The position numbers and the translations under genes are program-made. The notes below the pieces were generated by a model, which was not told the origin of the DNA, did no database searches, and saw only the letters and a list, made by a program, of their open reading frames with translations. Of a stretch of 64,000 nt of DNA, positions 25,200-38,860 are shown piece after piece (the first letter of the stretch is position 1; every line of letters begins with the position of its first letter). This stretch comes from Lama glama (lineage: Eukaryota), in contig CM052817.1 of assembly GCA_028534125.1 (NCBI GenBank), forward strand, positions 61,320,001 through 61,384,000. The letters run 5' to 3'.

Positions 25200-27845
25200 A
25201 ATTACTTTTGAGCAATAAAAGGATTAATGGGTTTTATGCTTCTGAATATAATGGAGTAATAGGGACCAAATTTACTTTGCCTCTTAAGTAACAACTGGAC
25301 ACTCTGTATGAAACAATGCCTTTCAAAATTGGACAATTGGCAATGCAACACTGTCATCCCTGATAGAAGAAAACAAAAAAGTTGATCCTTATAACTGCCC
25401 CAGCCTAATGTCTGGAGGCAGTTTCCAAGGCAAAGTACAAGGAGTGAAACCCAAGGAGAACCCAGAGTTCTCAATGCATTGGAGAAACAAAGATCAGAGT
25501 TCTGGGAGGTCAAGGCAATTAAATTTACAAGACAGGAGTCAGCTGCACAGAGGAAGAGAGAGCTCCAGAGATATGCAGAAGGTTCTCCTGAACTTTTTGG
25601 CTGATTATTGATCTGCACATGCGTGAGAAGAAACCACTTACTCATGGCTTAGGAAAGAACCATCAGAAAGCAGTAAACCAAATAATTCCTGGGATTCAGA
25701 CAGAGCTGGGAATAGTTTGTGTTCCCACTATGCAGAGCAGAAAAACCTTTTAATATACAGACATTAGATAGAGTGATCAGAATGATAACACCTTAGGAGT
25801 GGAGATTACTTAGAATCCAGACTAAAGGCTGCTCTGGACATGTCCTAACAAAGCTTTAAAGCAAACTTGAAAGGATTAAACTAATTCCAAGTAATTTAAC
25901 TATGTCTCAGAACAAATTTCTATACTATTTAAAAGAATACAACAAAATACAGCAGCCATCAATGAAAAATTCTCCGTGTTCACTCAGCATCCAAGCAAAA
26001 ATTACTAGGCATGCAAAGCAGCAGAAAAATAGAACCCGTTAACTAAGAGAAAATTCAATCAAAGGAAACAGACCCAGAAATGACAGAGATGATAGAATTA
26101 GGAGATAAGAACTTTAAAACATACCTGCTGTGTGTTCAAGGAGGTAAAGGAAAACCTGAACATGATGCAGAGAGAAATGGAAGCTCTTTTAAAAGATCCA
26201 CATGAAATGTCTAGAGATTAAATATATAATATCTGAATAGAAATTATACTAAGTGTGATTAAAAGCAGACTAGACACTGCAGAAAAGATCTGTGAACTTA
26301 AAGACACAGCGATAGAAACTGTCTCAAATGACAAACATGGAGGAAAAAAATTCAGAAAATAATGAACTGAGCGTCATTGGCAGGAAGGACAGTATCAAGC
26401 ATTCTGACTTACGTGTGTGTGAGGTCCCAGAGTGGGAAGAGAAGCACAATAAAAAAACTGAAGAAGCAAAGCAAAGCTGAGGACTTTCCAAAGTTAATTA
26501 AAAATATGAACCCATGGATCAAAGAACATCAACAAAAGCCAAGCAAAATAAACATGAAGAAAACCAGCCCAAAGCACATCATAAATGAATTGCTGGAAAG
26601 TACTGATGAATGCAAAAATCTTAGAAAGGAAAAAAAAAGTACAGGGGAACAAACCTAAGGACAACAGAAACGTGTTGTCAGAAACTATGCAGACCAGAAG
26701 ACAGGGAACAACATCTTTAAAGTACTGAAAGGAGAAAAAAAAACCCTGCCAACCTGGAATTGATATTCAGTGAAAATCTCTTTCAGAAACGAAGGTGAAA
26801 TATAAGCAAATAAAAGCTGAAAATTCATCATCAGCAGACCTACCCTACAAAAAATGTTACTGGAAGAACAAAAGTAAAATGATACCAGATGGAAAGTTGG
26901 AAGTACAGATGCCCAGACATGGTTCAAAGATGGGAAATTATGAAAGACATTTTCCTTCTATTTTAAATCCCTTTAAAAGACTATTGACTGTTTAGAGCAA
27001 AAATGATAATAGTGCACTGTAGAGTGTATAATATATGTAGAAGTAAGGTGTATGACAAAAATAGCGCAAAGGAGGAGGGGAAATGAAGGAATATTGTTTT
27101 AAGTTTCTCACATATGAAGTGGTATATTATTTGAATGAACACTGTGAAACGTTATTTAAAAACACACATATTATAGATCCTTTGAGCAACCATGAAAAAT
27201 AAAACATAGAGCTAAAGCTAATAAACCAATAGTGGAGACAAAATAGAATACTAAAGATAACTAATCCAAAAGAATGCAAGAAAAGCCGGGGGGGGGTGGG
27301 GAAGGGCTGGAAACAAATGAGACAAATAGAAAAAAATCCTACTTCTTGGTATCAACTCAAATGAAATGAAACGTATGTCCACGCAAAAATGTGTAAGCCC
27401 CCTTTTATAAGTTTATATAAGCTAAACACCTCAATATACCCACGACTGGTGAATGAATGACTAGAATATGGTGTGTCCATATAATAAAACACTTTACAGC
27501 AATAAAAAGGAACAAACTACTTAAATGTGCAAAGATAGGAATAAATCTCAAGCTATTATGCTAAGGGAAAGAAGCCATCCACAAAAAAACTACACACTAC
27601 ATGATTCTACGAATATGAATTTCTAGAAAAGGCATAAGTACAGCCACAGAAAGCAGATCAGTGGTTGCCGAAAGCTGGCGGGTCAGGAAGAGGGCTGACT
27701 ACACTGGGGCAGTGGAGGAACTTGTAGGGGGTGATGGAGTTGTTCTGTATCTTGATTGTGATGGTGGTTAGACAACTGCCTACATTTGTCAAGGCTCGTT
27801 GAATTGTATACTTGAAATTACCCCTCAGTAAAGCTGACATTAACA
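25200..27845 (+). mobile_element. Ancient LINE-1 (L1MC/MD/ME-type): 5' region, ORF1 remnant and 3' end
   Basis: A-rich strand. ORF 26377-26658 AEDFPKLIKNMNPWIKEHQQKPSKINMKKTSPKHII resembles L1 ORF1p. 27340-27845 has classic old-L1 3' motifs (agcagatcagtggttgcc; ggggtgatggagttgttctgtatcttgattgtgatggtggtt). Confidence 0.82.
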
Positions 27846-28799
27846 TGAATTAATGATTTGACAGTCACATTTTAAAAATAGCCAGTTGACATTACAAGTG
27901 AGCTGGTGCATGCCCTTGAAATAAGACCCCACTGTGGAAAGAAGGGTAGCTCATTGGAAGAATGTGAGCGGGAAAGTTCAGTAGAATCACCCATGTTCCA
28001 GGAATCCTGTATCTGAGTGTATTAATAGAGACCCTAATCCCTTCTCTATAGGAATCCGTTAAAATGTCCCTGAGAGCTTTGGCTACTGTCTTATCTAAAC
28101 AGAAAGAGTGACTTCATGACAGCTACTATACTAACTGATTTCATGTCGAAAGCATCAGGTAATATGGCAAGTTGGAATACCCCCGTATTTGCTACCTAGC
28201 TCCAAAGAGCAAACAAACAGGCCTCATTTGACTAATCGAGGCCAACTGGTTTGGTCTTAAGCAGTCCCCGGATTAGGACAGATGACAAATGGTTTTGAGA
28301 TAGATGTGTTTAAACCATTTTGGAGCCCGAGGCTGGGCATATCAGACTACACGTGGAGCAGCATAAGGCGTAGCTGGGGAAAGAAAGCAAACTTTAAACT
28401 AAGCAAGTTGACATTAATGTCAAATGTCAACCTAGAAGGGAGAACTGACTATGCACCTGTCTGCTTCTAGGGCTCATTAAAGAGTTTAGAGGTTGGATAA
28501 TTTTAAAAACCTCTCCAAGTAGATAAATGCAATTGACTTTTTCATTCTGTTTACTGTAGAGTCTTTCGTTTAACTACTTAATTGTTATTAATTTATTGAT
28601 ATATTAAAAATTTTTTAAGTAAAAGTAATACATGAACAAGATTTTTTAAAAGTCCTGAATGAGCACAGAAATGTATTTTTTTAAATGAAAGCATCTCTTC
28701 CCAATGCCCATGCCTATTCCTTTCTAGAAACATGTCTCCTGACTTGTATAAATGTGATCTTTACACGATGCCACTTAAGATTTTGAGATTTCTTATTTC

Positions 28800-29712
28800 T
28801 AATGCTTATACATTTTTATGTTATCAAGCATCACTGATTTTCCCTGGAAAACCTTTGCTCTCCTGTTCACCTTGACCCCTCTCCGTATCTCAGTTAACAG
28901 CATCCTCATTCATATGCTCAAGGCAAAAATATTGGGATCATTCTTGATTCCTCTTTATCTTAAAAATTACGCTCCATATTTAAGCCACCAGAAAATATCT
29001 TCAGATCCACTCCTAAATTACTGCAGGATTCCACAGCTTCCTACCATGTCTACCACAACCACACCTAGTTTCAAGCCACCGTCTTCTCCTAACTGGTTTC
29101 CCTGATTTCACTTTTACCTCTTACAGTCTGGGTAGCTTTATGGAAATACATCCTGCCCCTATTTAAAAATCGTCCAATGACTTGCTGGGCACTGGAAAAA
29201 AAAACCAGACTTCTTCGTGGGCCACAAAGCCTGACATCTGGGCTTTGGCTACTCCTCTGATCTCGTATCAGTCCCTGCCTTTTCTAGTTCATTTCGCTCC
29301 CGTAAAACCTGCCTCCTTAATAGAATAGCATTTCTTTCTCAAGATCTTTTTTGTTTGTTTGTTTTGCTTTTTATTCTACCTGAAATGCTCTTCCTCAGGT
29401 ATTTGTGTGGCTCACTCTTTTATATCCCTCAGCAGTCTCCTTAAATGTCACCCCCTCTAAAAGCTCTTACCTTAAAATATCACCCCAGCCCATCACACCA
29501 GTACTCACTTATCTTTCCCCTGCTTTATCAGGCTTTGTGGCATTTATCACCACTTGAAATACTGTACGTACCTCTTTTATTCCTATCAGACACACTAAAG
29601 TGTTAACTCCATGAGGGCAGAGACTTAGTTTACTTATCACAATAGCTACATCTCTACGTGGAAGGGCATCTATCATAGAGAAGACACTCAGTGAGTGTTT
29701 TCTGAGTGAACC
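28800..29712 (+). mobile_element. LINE-2 3' fragment
   Basis: atcattcttgattcctct...cctgaaatgctcttcct...aactccatgagggcagagac...actcagtgagtgttttctgagtgaa. Confidence 0.75.
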
Positions 29713-32114
29713 TTCAGCATTTTAGCTGTCTAGATAGTTTAATGAGGTACTTCTTGCTTCATTAAACTGTAGTCGTTTCTGTGATCTCCAAACACAGATC
29801 CATTAGAAGTACCTGTTGTTTTTCTTTATCAGAGTTGCAAAAAAAAAAAAAGAGCTAGTAAAAAATAATTGAACTAAGTCCATACTGGTTTTTAATATAT
29901 TACCCATAATCAAACACATTAGACTGGGTGATTAATCATGTGCTTGAATCTTTGCCTCAAGGTAGATAAAGAATAAAAAGAAAATAGTGTCAATGTTTGT
30001 ATATTTCAGAGACTAGTGTTTGATCTATTCTTTTCAGACCCACAATCTCATTCCTCAAGACATCTTGACAGATGTCTTCCAGTGTAGGTTGGGTCCATCA
30101 GAATTAATTACACATTCATTTGCTCCAGACACTGTCCGGGGCTTTCACAAGTCTCCAGGGCTGCAGTGTTCTATTTTAAGCTGAATCACTCTGATCCAGT
30201 TGGTTCTGGAATACTGCCAAAGCTAGGGACATCTTCAGAGGCCTTTTTAAAATTGCAGGGTGGAACTGTGCTCTCTAAGAGTTTGTATTCTTTATGATGG
30301 GAATGATCTTTCTTAACTTTGGACACCATTGTTAGTAGATGGTTTCATTCTATTTACACCTAAAGAATACACACCACAGCTAAGAAAGGAAAACTTGAAC
30401 CCCAATTTAAACAAATGAGATATGAGATTCAAAGCACCCCCGAGATGCTCTCCCAAGATTTAATCCATTACTCTAGTCCCATCATTCCTTTGGCAAGATG
30501 GTATCTGATAATCAAGAAAAACAGTCAATTAAGGGAAAGTTTTTACTCTGTTCATGGTTTCCAGTGAAATATAGATGAAATTAAAATAAATTCAGGACTT
30601 CAGCCTAAAATATCTCTAAGGCTATCTTAATGAAAAATGTCTTGATTTGGATGTTATTTATAGGTTTTACACATTCAAGTAGTCCTCATCTAATAAGGAA
30701 TACAATGTCTCAAATATGCTAGTAACTTAATCTAGTCATCAGATATTGATTTAAATCCATAATATTTCGAAACTTAAATATGAAGGGACCAGGACAGAAA
30801 GAATGGATTTACCAAAAGCTGGGTTGTAAACTTATCTTGAGCTTAAAATATAATAAAATTGGTCTAAAGTGGCAATGGTGATATACTGGTGGGAAGCAAG
30901 GGTGACCCATTTGAAAATTTATTTATATTATGACCCATAATAGGCTTAAAAGTGAATAAAAAAATACCAGACTATTTTCCAGATGCAGTTGTTTCATTTG
31001 TGGAATTTTTAGTTGATCCATGTAATAATAGGCTAAGTTGCATTGTACTTTCTTAGTCTTCTCATTTGCACTGAGATCAGCTTGGATGTCCTCTTTAATC
31101 AACATCTTTCTCCTCGTAGTGACCTATGTAAACTGTTCTTTAAACAGGAAAATGTTTTGAGGTTTTGCTGAAACTGTAACAAAACTGAGGGCTTCTCCCT
31201 GAGCTAAGCATGCAATAGGCACTCAGAAAATTTGATTTTCTTTCATTTTATAGACCATGTTGTCTACTTCCTGTAATGATGCTTGCATTCAGGTTTGGAT
31301 TCTGTATTGCAATGTCTTATAGTTGCTAGACAGGACCATGACATAGACAGAACATATAGAAAAGCCTTCATCTTTGAGTATCTGTTACTGTAAATATAGC
31401 TTTCATGAAGAATTTGTTTATAACTTTCAAAGGAAATAAAAGGAAAAATTACTCAGTGAGTAATGGAATGGTAGAGTTATAATTAAAAGATTCTTGACAA
31501 TGTTATTTTGAAGAACAGAAATAATTCCATACAAAAAAAGAGAAAGAATTCCATACAAAAACCCCTTCATACTTGGCCAAGTAAGTAGCTACTGTCCATT
31601 ATGTAACCCATTACCTCTCTTTCAACCTGTACTGTTCTTCATTTCTTAAAGGACCTCACAGTTTATAGAGCTCAAGCAATGGGTACCACTTGGAATTCTT
31701 GGGCAGGCCTCAAAAAGGGAATCAGTTTGAAGGATAAAGAAAAGTTTGGTTTAGTTGATCCATGATTGTATTTTTGTTGTTTATTTTGGCACCTACTGGC
31801 AAATGTGAAAATGGCTTCTTCTTCTATGTAAGTAATGGTATTTGCCATATAAACTAATTTTATACACTAAGCACCATTGATATATTTTAGTCTATTATTG
31901 TTCAAAAATACACAATGTTTTCCTTGGTTCCTAACTGCCCTCTTGGCTCTCCCTATAACCTCATTCCCTATTATTATTTCCTTCCCCATTTTCCTTTGCA
32001 TTCTAGGGGAAAACAACAGTAAAAATATTTATCTCTGAATAAATTCAGATACCATTTTATTCATTTGTCTGTTTCGAGGGGTTTTGACTTTATCTGTTTA
32101 TCAAAGAAATGGAT

Positions 32115-32370
32115 GGAGGGCATTAATTATGGAATCACATATACCTGAATTGGAATCCCACCTCTACTGTTTACAAGCATTGCTACCTTAGATAAGTGAA
32201 TCAACCTCTCTGAGCCTCAAATTGCTTATCTATAAGATGGAGAAAATCATAGCACCAGAAAATAATATGAGTCTGAGAAATAAATGATAATGAGTATAAA
32301 AGTGATTGGCACAAGCCCCGCATATTGTAATACATGGTAAATGCTAGCTGGCAGTTATTCTATTATTCAC
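32115..32370 (+). mobile_element. MIR SINE
   Basis: acctgaattggaatcccacctctactg...accttagataagtgaatcaacctctctgagcctcaaattgcttatctataagatgg. Confidence 0.7.
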
Positions 32371-32564
32371 AGTGATTCCTATTCTTTTCTCCCTTACCAA
32401 CATTCTATTGTAAAAACCTTCAAATATACAGAAATATGCAAAGAATTGTACAATGAACACCTATGCATGTTCCACCTAGCTACAACTAGTATTTTACTAC
32501 ACTTGCTTTATCACATACCTATTCACTTCTCCAGCCCTCTACCCATCTAGCAATCCATCTATTC

Positions 32565-32772
32565 TACTAACTATTGTGTAACAAACTCTCTAAACCAAGT
32601 GGCTAAAATAATAGCCATTTTGTTTTGTTCATGGAGTCTGTGAGTTACGGGTTCAGACAGGGTATAGTGGGATTGGCTTGTCATCACTCTACCATGTCTG
32701 GGGCCTCAACTGGAAAGACTTGATGACTGGAATCATCTGGAAACACCTTCACTAACATGTCAGGGGTGGCCA
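32565..32772 (-). mobile_element. MaLR LTR fragment (MLT1-type), next to an old L1 3' fragment at ~32400-32560
   Basis: tattgtgtaacaaactctctaaaccaagtggctaaaa...tctaccatgtctggggcctcaactggaaagact...ggaatcatctgga. Confidence 0.65.
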
Positions 32773-33317
32773 ACATCAGAAACCATTTTAAATATGTAGG
32801 TAATACATGGACACGGGAATGAAAAGTTTGGAATCTTTTAGGCTTACAGATATAAAAGCCAAAGTGCTCCACTTGGGATCAGTTAACTGGGAATCAAAGT
32901 GAAAGACTCTGTCACTGAGTGATTATTAGGGAAAGCTGGCGTCTCCCTCTCCCACCACTCCCCAAGGCTGGTGTAACATTAATGAAAAAGCAGAAGTATG
33001 GTTACTCTTTGGAGAAAAAAAAAAGGCATAATAATTTGCTTTGCATTTTTATTTCCTAAATTCTTGTATCAGCCAAACTTCAACCACTAGTTGGGTAACT
33101 TTGGACAAGTTACTTAATCTTTCTAAACTTCTGTGTCCTCAAAAGAAGGGTGATTTAAAGTGGTCGCTAACTCAGGGTTGTTGTAAGAATACGCACGTCA
33201 AACACCTAACCTAGAATATCGTACACAGAAGGCGCGGAAATAAAGAGGGCTGTCATTATTTGTTAGTCTTCTTAAGCTAGATAAGCAAAAACTTAGTGCA
33301 GTTTTACTGAGAAACAC

Positions 33318-33620
33318 ATCTATTTACTTATTATATAAATATTTATTGAATACTATGTGCCAATCACTGTGATAGATGCTGGGGATATATTAGTGAACAA
33401 GACAAATTCTGCCCTTGTGGTGCTTGTGGTCTGGAAGGCAACAGTGACATTAAACAATAATTACTCAAATTACTGTGGAACTGCTATCGTAACAAGGGCT
33501 GTGAAGGGAAAGTGCAGGTGCTTTAGAAGTATAAACGCAGTGTGTAGGGGTGAATAACTTGCTCTAAAGAGTCAGAGAAGGCTGCTCCAGGAAAGTGACA
33601 TTTAAAATAAGATCTAGAGT
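33318..33620 (-). mobile_element. LINE-2 3' fragment
   Basis: aaatatttattgaatactatgtgccaatcactgtgatagatgctggggatatattagtgaacaagaca. Confidence 0.7.
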
Positions 33621-35689
33621 CAACAGGACAGATTTGTGGGGGTGGCATTGATGGAATGTAGTGAGGTCGTTCAAGCGTATAAATAAAACCACAAAAATGG
33701 TCTCTATTCAGCTGAAGGCAGTTTTACTTAAAAATGATAGAAGAAAATTTCCTAAGGGTCCTTACAGTTTGAAAGTATTATTATAGGGAACTCATAGATT
33801 GTTAGACTCAATATGAATATTAAGAACATTTTATTTAGTAAAATACGTTCAAAAGGATTAATTTGTTACACAGTCAGATGTTGCCTATTTAAAAAGCTAG
33901 AATTAAAAAACTCCATCTTACTAAACTTCAGGCTTCTAAGATGCAATGTACAACATGGAAATGGATAAGGTTTTATTTGCTTTGAGGAGTTCTTTATTTG
34001 TTTTTATTTTTAGGCATCGTGAAGTGGAAAGAACATTGAATCTGACGTCAGGAGGTCTGGGTTCTATTTCTGACTGTTATTTGCTCACTGGGGAGCCATA
34101 AGCAGGGCATTTAAACTAGAAGCTTCCTTTTTTGTAAAAGGGAATATTACTTACAAAAGCCCTGCATTACAGAAGCTTAGCAGAAGGAGCACTGTTAGTT
34201 TAGGAGATGACATGGCGGTATGGATTGGGGTCAAAAGGTTCCTGAAACCTCATTCTTCTTTCACCTAAACATCTGTTGGCTCCTCTCTTCTGGCTTTATG
34301 ACAATAAAGGATCAGGTATCTCATTACCTTAAGATTGAAAGGAAAGAGAGAGAGAGGAGAAAAGATCAACAGCTTTTGGTAACAGTAATGGAACAAATAA
34401 CTAATAGGAGCAAAAGTTAACTGAAGTGTAAAGAGGACACAATGGGAATTGAAAATTTATCACTGCAGCTGCTTGGGGGTCTTTTATCTTCTGAGTGGTG
34501 CTCGGGGTCCTGCTGCCAGACATAATTGCACTACTACGAAAAACAACCAAACTATTCCTATTCTCTCAGATTTTTTTCTTCTCCATCTTGTCCTTTTTCC
34601 TAAGCAACTTTCTGCCTTACTCCATCCTGTACTTTCTTTTTCAGTTTCCTTGTCTCCTCTCCCAGGCTTCTTTGCTTTTTCTCCTGTACTCTTGTCCCTA
34701 CTCCTTCTATTTTCCCCTTTTTATTGCTTCATCCTATAAGAACACAGTCATTAATTAAAACCCCCTGTAGCAAAACTGCACTCCAATGAAACCCTTAAAA
34801 ATTATGATTGGTCTTTATAACTACACAGTACAATGGCAAATATGTCAAACAAATAACATCCAAAGGAACATCATTCCTCATGTCACCAGTACTACTTGCA
34901 AAGTTCCAGTTGCAAGATAGGATCCTACCACTCACATGGTGGCACTTACAAATTTGTTTAAGGAGAAAAAAATGTGAAATATAAGGACGCATTTATGCTC
35001 AGTGTGTAGGTCAGTCTGAGGGCTAAACATATCATGCTCTGATATTTATTGTCAGATAATGTTATTGTCATTTTGCAGGTGGACTCTTCAAAGAAATTGT
35101 CAATCCAATTCAAGTAGTAGTTAGAATTATATACGTAAGAAAACAAACACAGGGAAATAAATCTGAAGGCAAAAAAAAAAAAAAAAAGAATAGGTTGTCT
35201 TAGATTTTGTGGAACTCACCAGGGAATTTTTTTAACTTCAAAACTAGGAAGTGTATTATTTTTGGTGAAATTATGTACACCCAGTATTATATCTGCATAT
35301 AATATAATCAGATGTCATTACTTCAGAGATGTTACTGATAATGCTACAGCCCAGGAAATTCCTCAGCATCCCCATCATTTGGGGATACTACATGGTCTAC
35401 CAGCCAACCAACTTGGGACAGCCTATGTAGAGAAGGAAACTGCTCTTTATAAATGCCAGAATCAGAATGTGCTGGCAATCCTTACAGGAACAATGGAGTG
35501 CTCTCCAATATTATTCTTTGGATTGGAATTGACTTTTAAGAATTCATGTCAGTAGGCAGGCTATTTGATCTAGTCAAATTCTTATGGATTGGCTAGGGTT
35601 GAGTTGGAAAGGAAGCCACTTAGGACACATAAAAAAGTCCAGAAACCTCTGGCTCTGTTGACTAAAATGTCTCATTTGTTACTCAATGT

Positions 35690-35690
35690 G

Positions 35691-35721
<31 letters not shown>

Positions 35722-35724
35722 GAG
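35690..35724 (+). repeat. (GA)n microsatellite
   Basis: About 17 units with one interruption. Confidence 0.9.
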
Positions 35725-38624
35725 CTAATGAAACAGAAATTCTAATCGTATTATCTGAGAGCTCTTGAAATTGTTTCAATTCTCAACCCTTTGTTAAGGA
35801 AATGCTAACACAGTAATAATAAACTGGTAGCATGTGCATGCACAAAGGAGAAACAAAGAGTATGTTTAATTAATTTTCTAGAGAAACAAATATTAATAGA
35901 ATCAACAAGCTCACAAAAAGATGAAAAAACTTTTTTTTTTTTTTTGGTGTTCAGGTTGAAAATTTAAGCGGGACTTTGATTCTTTGGGAAGACATCCCAT
36001 AGAGATTGGGTTATAAGCTAGTCTTTCTTTAACAATCTCAGAAAAAAAGCCCAGAGTCCTTTCTCTGAAAGCTGGAAAAACAGGAAAAATCTATATTTCT
36101 GTTTTGCCAGTATTCAAATCTAAATGACCTGAGGGGTGGCAGACAGCACATCTAGGAGTCAATAGTTTCTGAGCAGACTGCTTCCCAAACTTTAGCAAGG
36201 GGCCTCGGAGTTTCCCTCCAAATGGAAGATGTTCATTTAAAATGCTACTCAGGTAGGTAAGCTACAAGCTTAGAAATTGGACATCTTCATAGTGAAGTGT
36301 CTTAGTAATGGAGAAAAAATGGAAATTAGGAACTTTAACAAGGAGGAGTTTGAAAGTAAGCCCTTTTTAGTTCTCTCCCACCCTGGCCTGGGAAAGGTGT
36401 GTTCTGCACATCGGAAGTGACCTACTTAAGTAGTCGCCCAACAAGGGAAAAGTCCATCTGGTTACTGCAATAGGGTGAGGTTCTCCTTAACTTCATCCAC
36501 CTCATTTTACTCTGATTCTATTCTTGATGAGCAAACTTCTGACCTAAACTTTATTTTTCAGTTAGACTTTTCTGGAAGTGAAATGACCTGAACCTTCTAG
36601 ATTGCTTCACAATTATCCTTCACTATAAATTAGTAAATTGAACTTCTGGATTTTTCACCAGCTTCTAGTGAGATTTGGTATTAGCATGAAGGTGTCTCTG
36701 AGAGTTTGTCCATTCTGTAGTTGGACTAATAAAAGTGAATTTCTGAACATGCTCAATTTTCACTGATGGAGACCTCACAAAGATTTATTTGTCCTGAGAG
36801 TTTCAATCAGAAAAAACTCTGCCAATTCTTTTCTTCTTTTTTCAACCAACTTTTTAAGTGCAATATGAATGAACTAAAACCCACATTTCTTCATTTAAAA
36901 TGAAAAATAATTTATGAAATCTTGTCATGTATAAGACTTACTTTTGTTTAAAACTACGTATACAACTTTAAAATTATATTATTGATGGTAATCATTGAAG
37001 CTTTCTATTTTGTGTATATTTGAAAATTCTACAATAAAAAGTAAAGCAGAAACAAACAAAAAGACCCATCAGGAGTTTTAAAATTCATCTTCAAAGAACT
37101 TTCTAAAATTTCAGTAAGATGATTTGTTCACTGCCTGGATTTTCAGTGCATTTGTCTCCACAACAAGCAAAACTTGAGCTCAAGCTACCCAGGCAATGCT
37201 ATCAGGTGACGACCAGCTCTCCCTCTCCCTGTGTGCTGTTTCTTTGCCAGGAGCCACTATATTTGGATCTATGTGTAACAGTTGACACTTTGGCTCAAGT
37301 GGTAATGAACCAACTCATGTCTTTTCTATGAGGGGGTGATACTTGTTTGTCCCGTGGATCATATTGAAATATCTGTGAAATAGATAGGATTTTGATTTTC
37401 CTAGGAGTGTTTCTGCTTTCTTTTAAAATAACTAGAAGTTCTTGTACTCTAAGGTCTCTGTCCCCTTGTATGCCAACGGGATCTCTTGTTCAAAATTTAC
37501 ATATGTTTTTGTCTTTGGGACAGAAGCACTTAAGTGTTTAAGAGGCTAAGTTCCAAAATGATAATTCTGACTTAATCATATATAACTCAAATATTATATT
37601 ATACTATATTATATTGTATAAAAGTAGTATAAATTTTAAAATACACATTTAATAGTATAAGTAATACATTTTATAAGTAATATAAAATTATACTAATATA
37701 ACAACAAGGCTGCAAGAATTTTTCAAAGAATCTGACCAGACAGATACAAAGAAAACTAGGGCTGCCCTCAGTTTTTTCCCCTAAAGATCAAATCCTACAT
37801 AGAAAGACTTATCAGCCTAATACATCTCATTAAAGGAGACATTCAACTGATAATAATTTGGAAAATGTGCCTTGTTTATCTCACTGTGGTATTCTTTTTG
37901 CCTATGTTTTCATAGTAGTTTTTGTCAAATTACTTTAATAATATAGTGTGTTGAATGTGTTTGTTTAAAAAATTACCAAATTTTCTTTTGACATTTACTG
38001 TAGCTTTGATTAAGACTGCTCTACTAAGGTTGACTAAGATGTATCTATATCAAGTACGTTGGTTAAATTAAAAAGAAAATAAAATTAGGTATTTTAAAAT
38101 ATCTGATGGTTTGAATTTATCCGAATGAAATTTGTGAATATTTTTCAGATTTAATTTGGATGTTTGACTTTGCACAGATGGAACAACCATACGCATGTTC
38201 TCAAATTTTGCTTCCTAGAAGAAATTCATAGAGAAAAGCAAACATCCTGTGGAGACTTTAATTTGATTTTTTTCATTCTTTTTCACATACTGAAAGATAT
38301 GTTATTATTAAGAGGCCCTTTTCTGTAGGGAAAGCTATAAATCTTAATAGAAATAATGGTTGCAGCTTAAACTATTTGAAGAAAATTTTCTTTATGATCA
38401 GGTTTAGCGATTTACCTCTTAATCCTGAAATGACTTTTATTATGATTAATCTTTTTATCTTATTGTAGATTTTTCACCTAATACTCATTTATGCAAAGAC
38501 ATAAAAATTGTCAAGTTTACATCCTAAATTAGACTCACATCAGGCTGAATCAGACTGGCTTGAAAGAAATTTTCAGAGATACAAACATCCATAATATACT
38601 CTGTGAAAGCACTCACTTATTTTA

Positions 38625-38860
38625 ATTAAGTACATGTGCTCTATAGTCAAATTATTTGGGCTCAATATCTAGCTCTGCCTATACCAGCCAGCTATACAAC
38701 TGTGAGTAAGTCATATTAACTCTATTCTTTCATTTCCTCATCTGAGAATACTAGTACCTAGCTCCTATGGTTGCTGTGAGGATGAGATAAATCAATACAT
38801 GCAAAGGATTCAGAAGATTATCTAGCTATTAGTGTTTATAAGTAAGAGTTATTATTTATA
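38625..38860 (+). mobile_element. MIR SINE
   Basis: catttcctcatctg...tagtacctagctcctatggttgctgtgaggatgagataaatcaatacatgcaaag. Confidence 0.7.

Noticed and set aside
25202..25645. 147-aa minus-strand ORF
   Set aside because: Antisense to the 5' region of an ancient L1.
30935..30944. Second perfect CArG (CCATAATAGG)
   Set aside because: Lies in AT-rich distal DNA where chance matches are expected; no supporting context.
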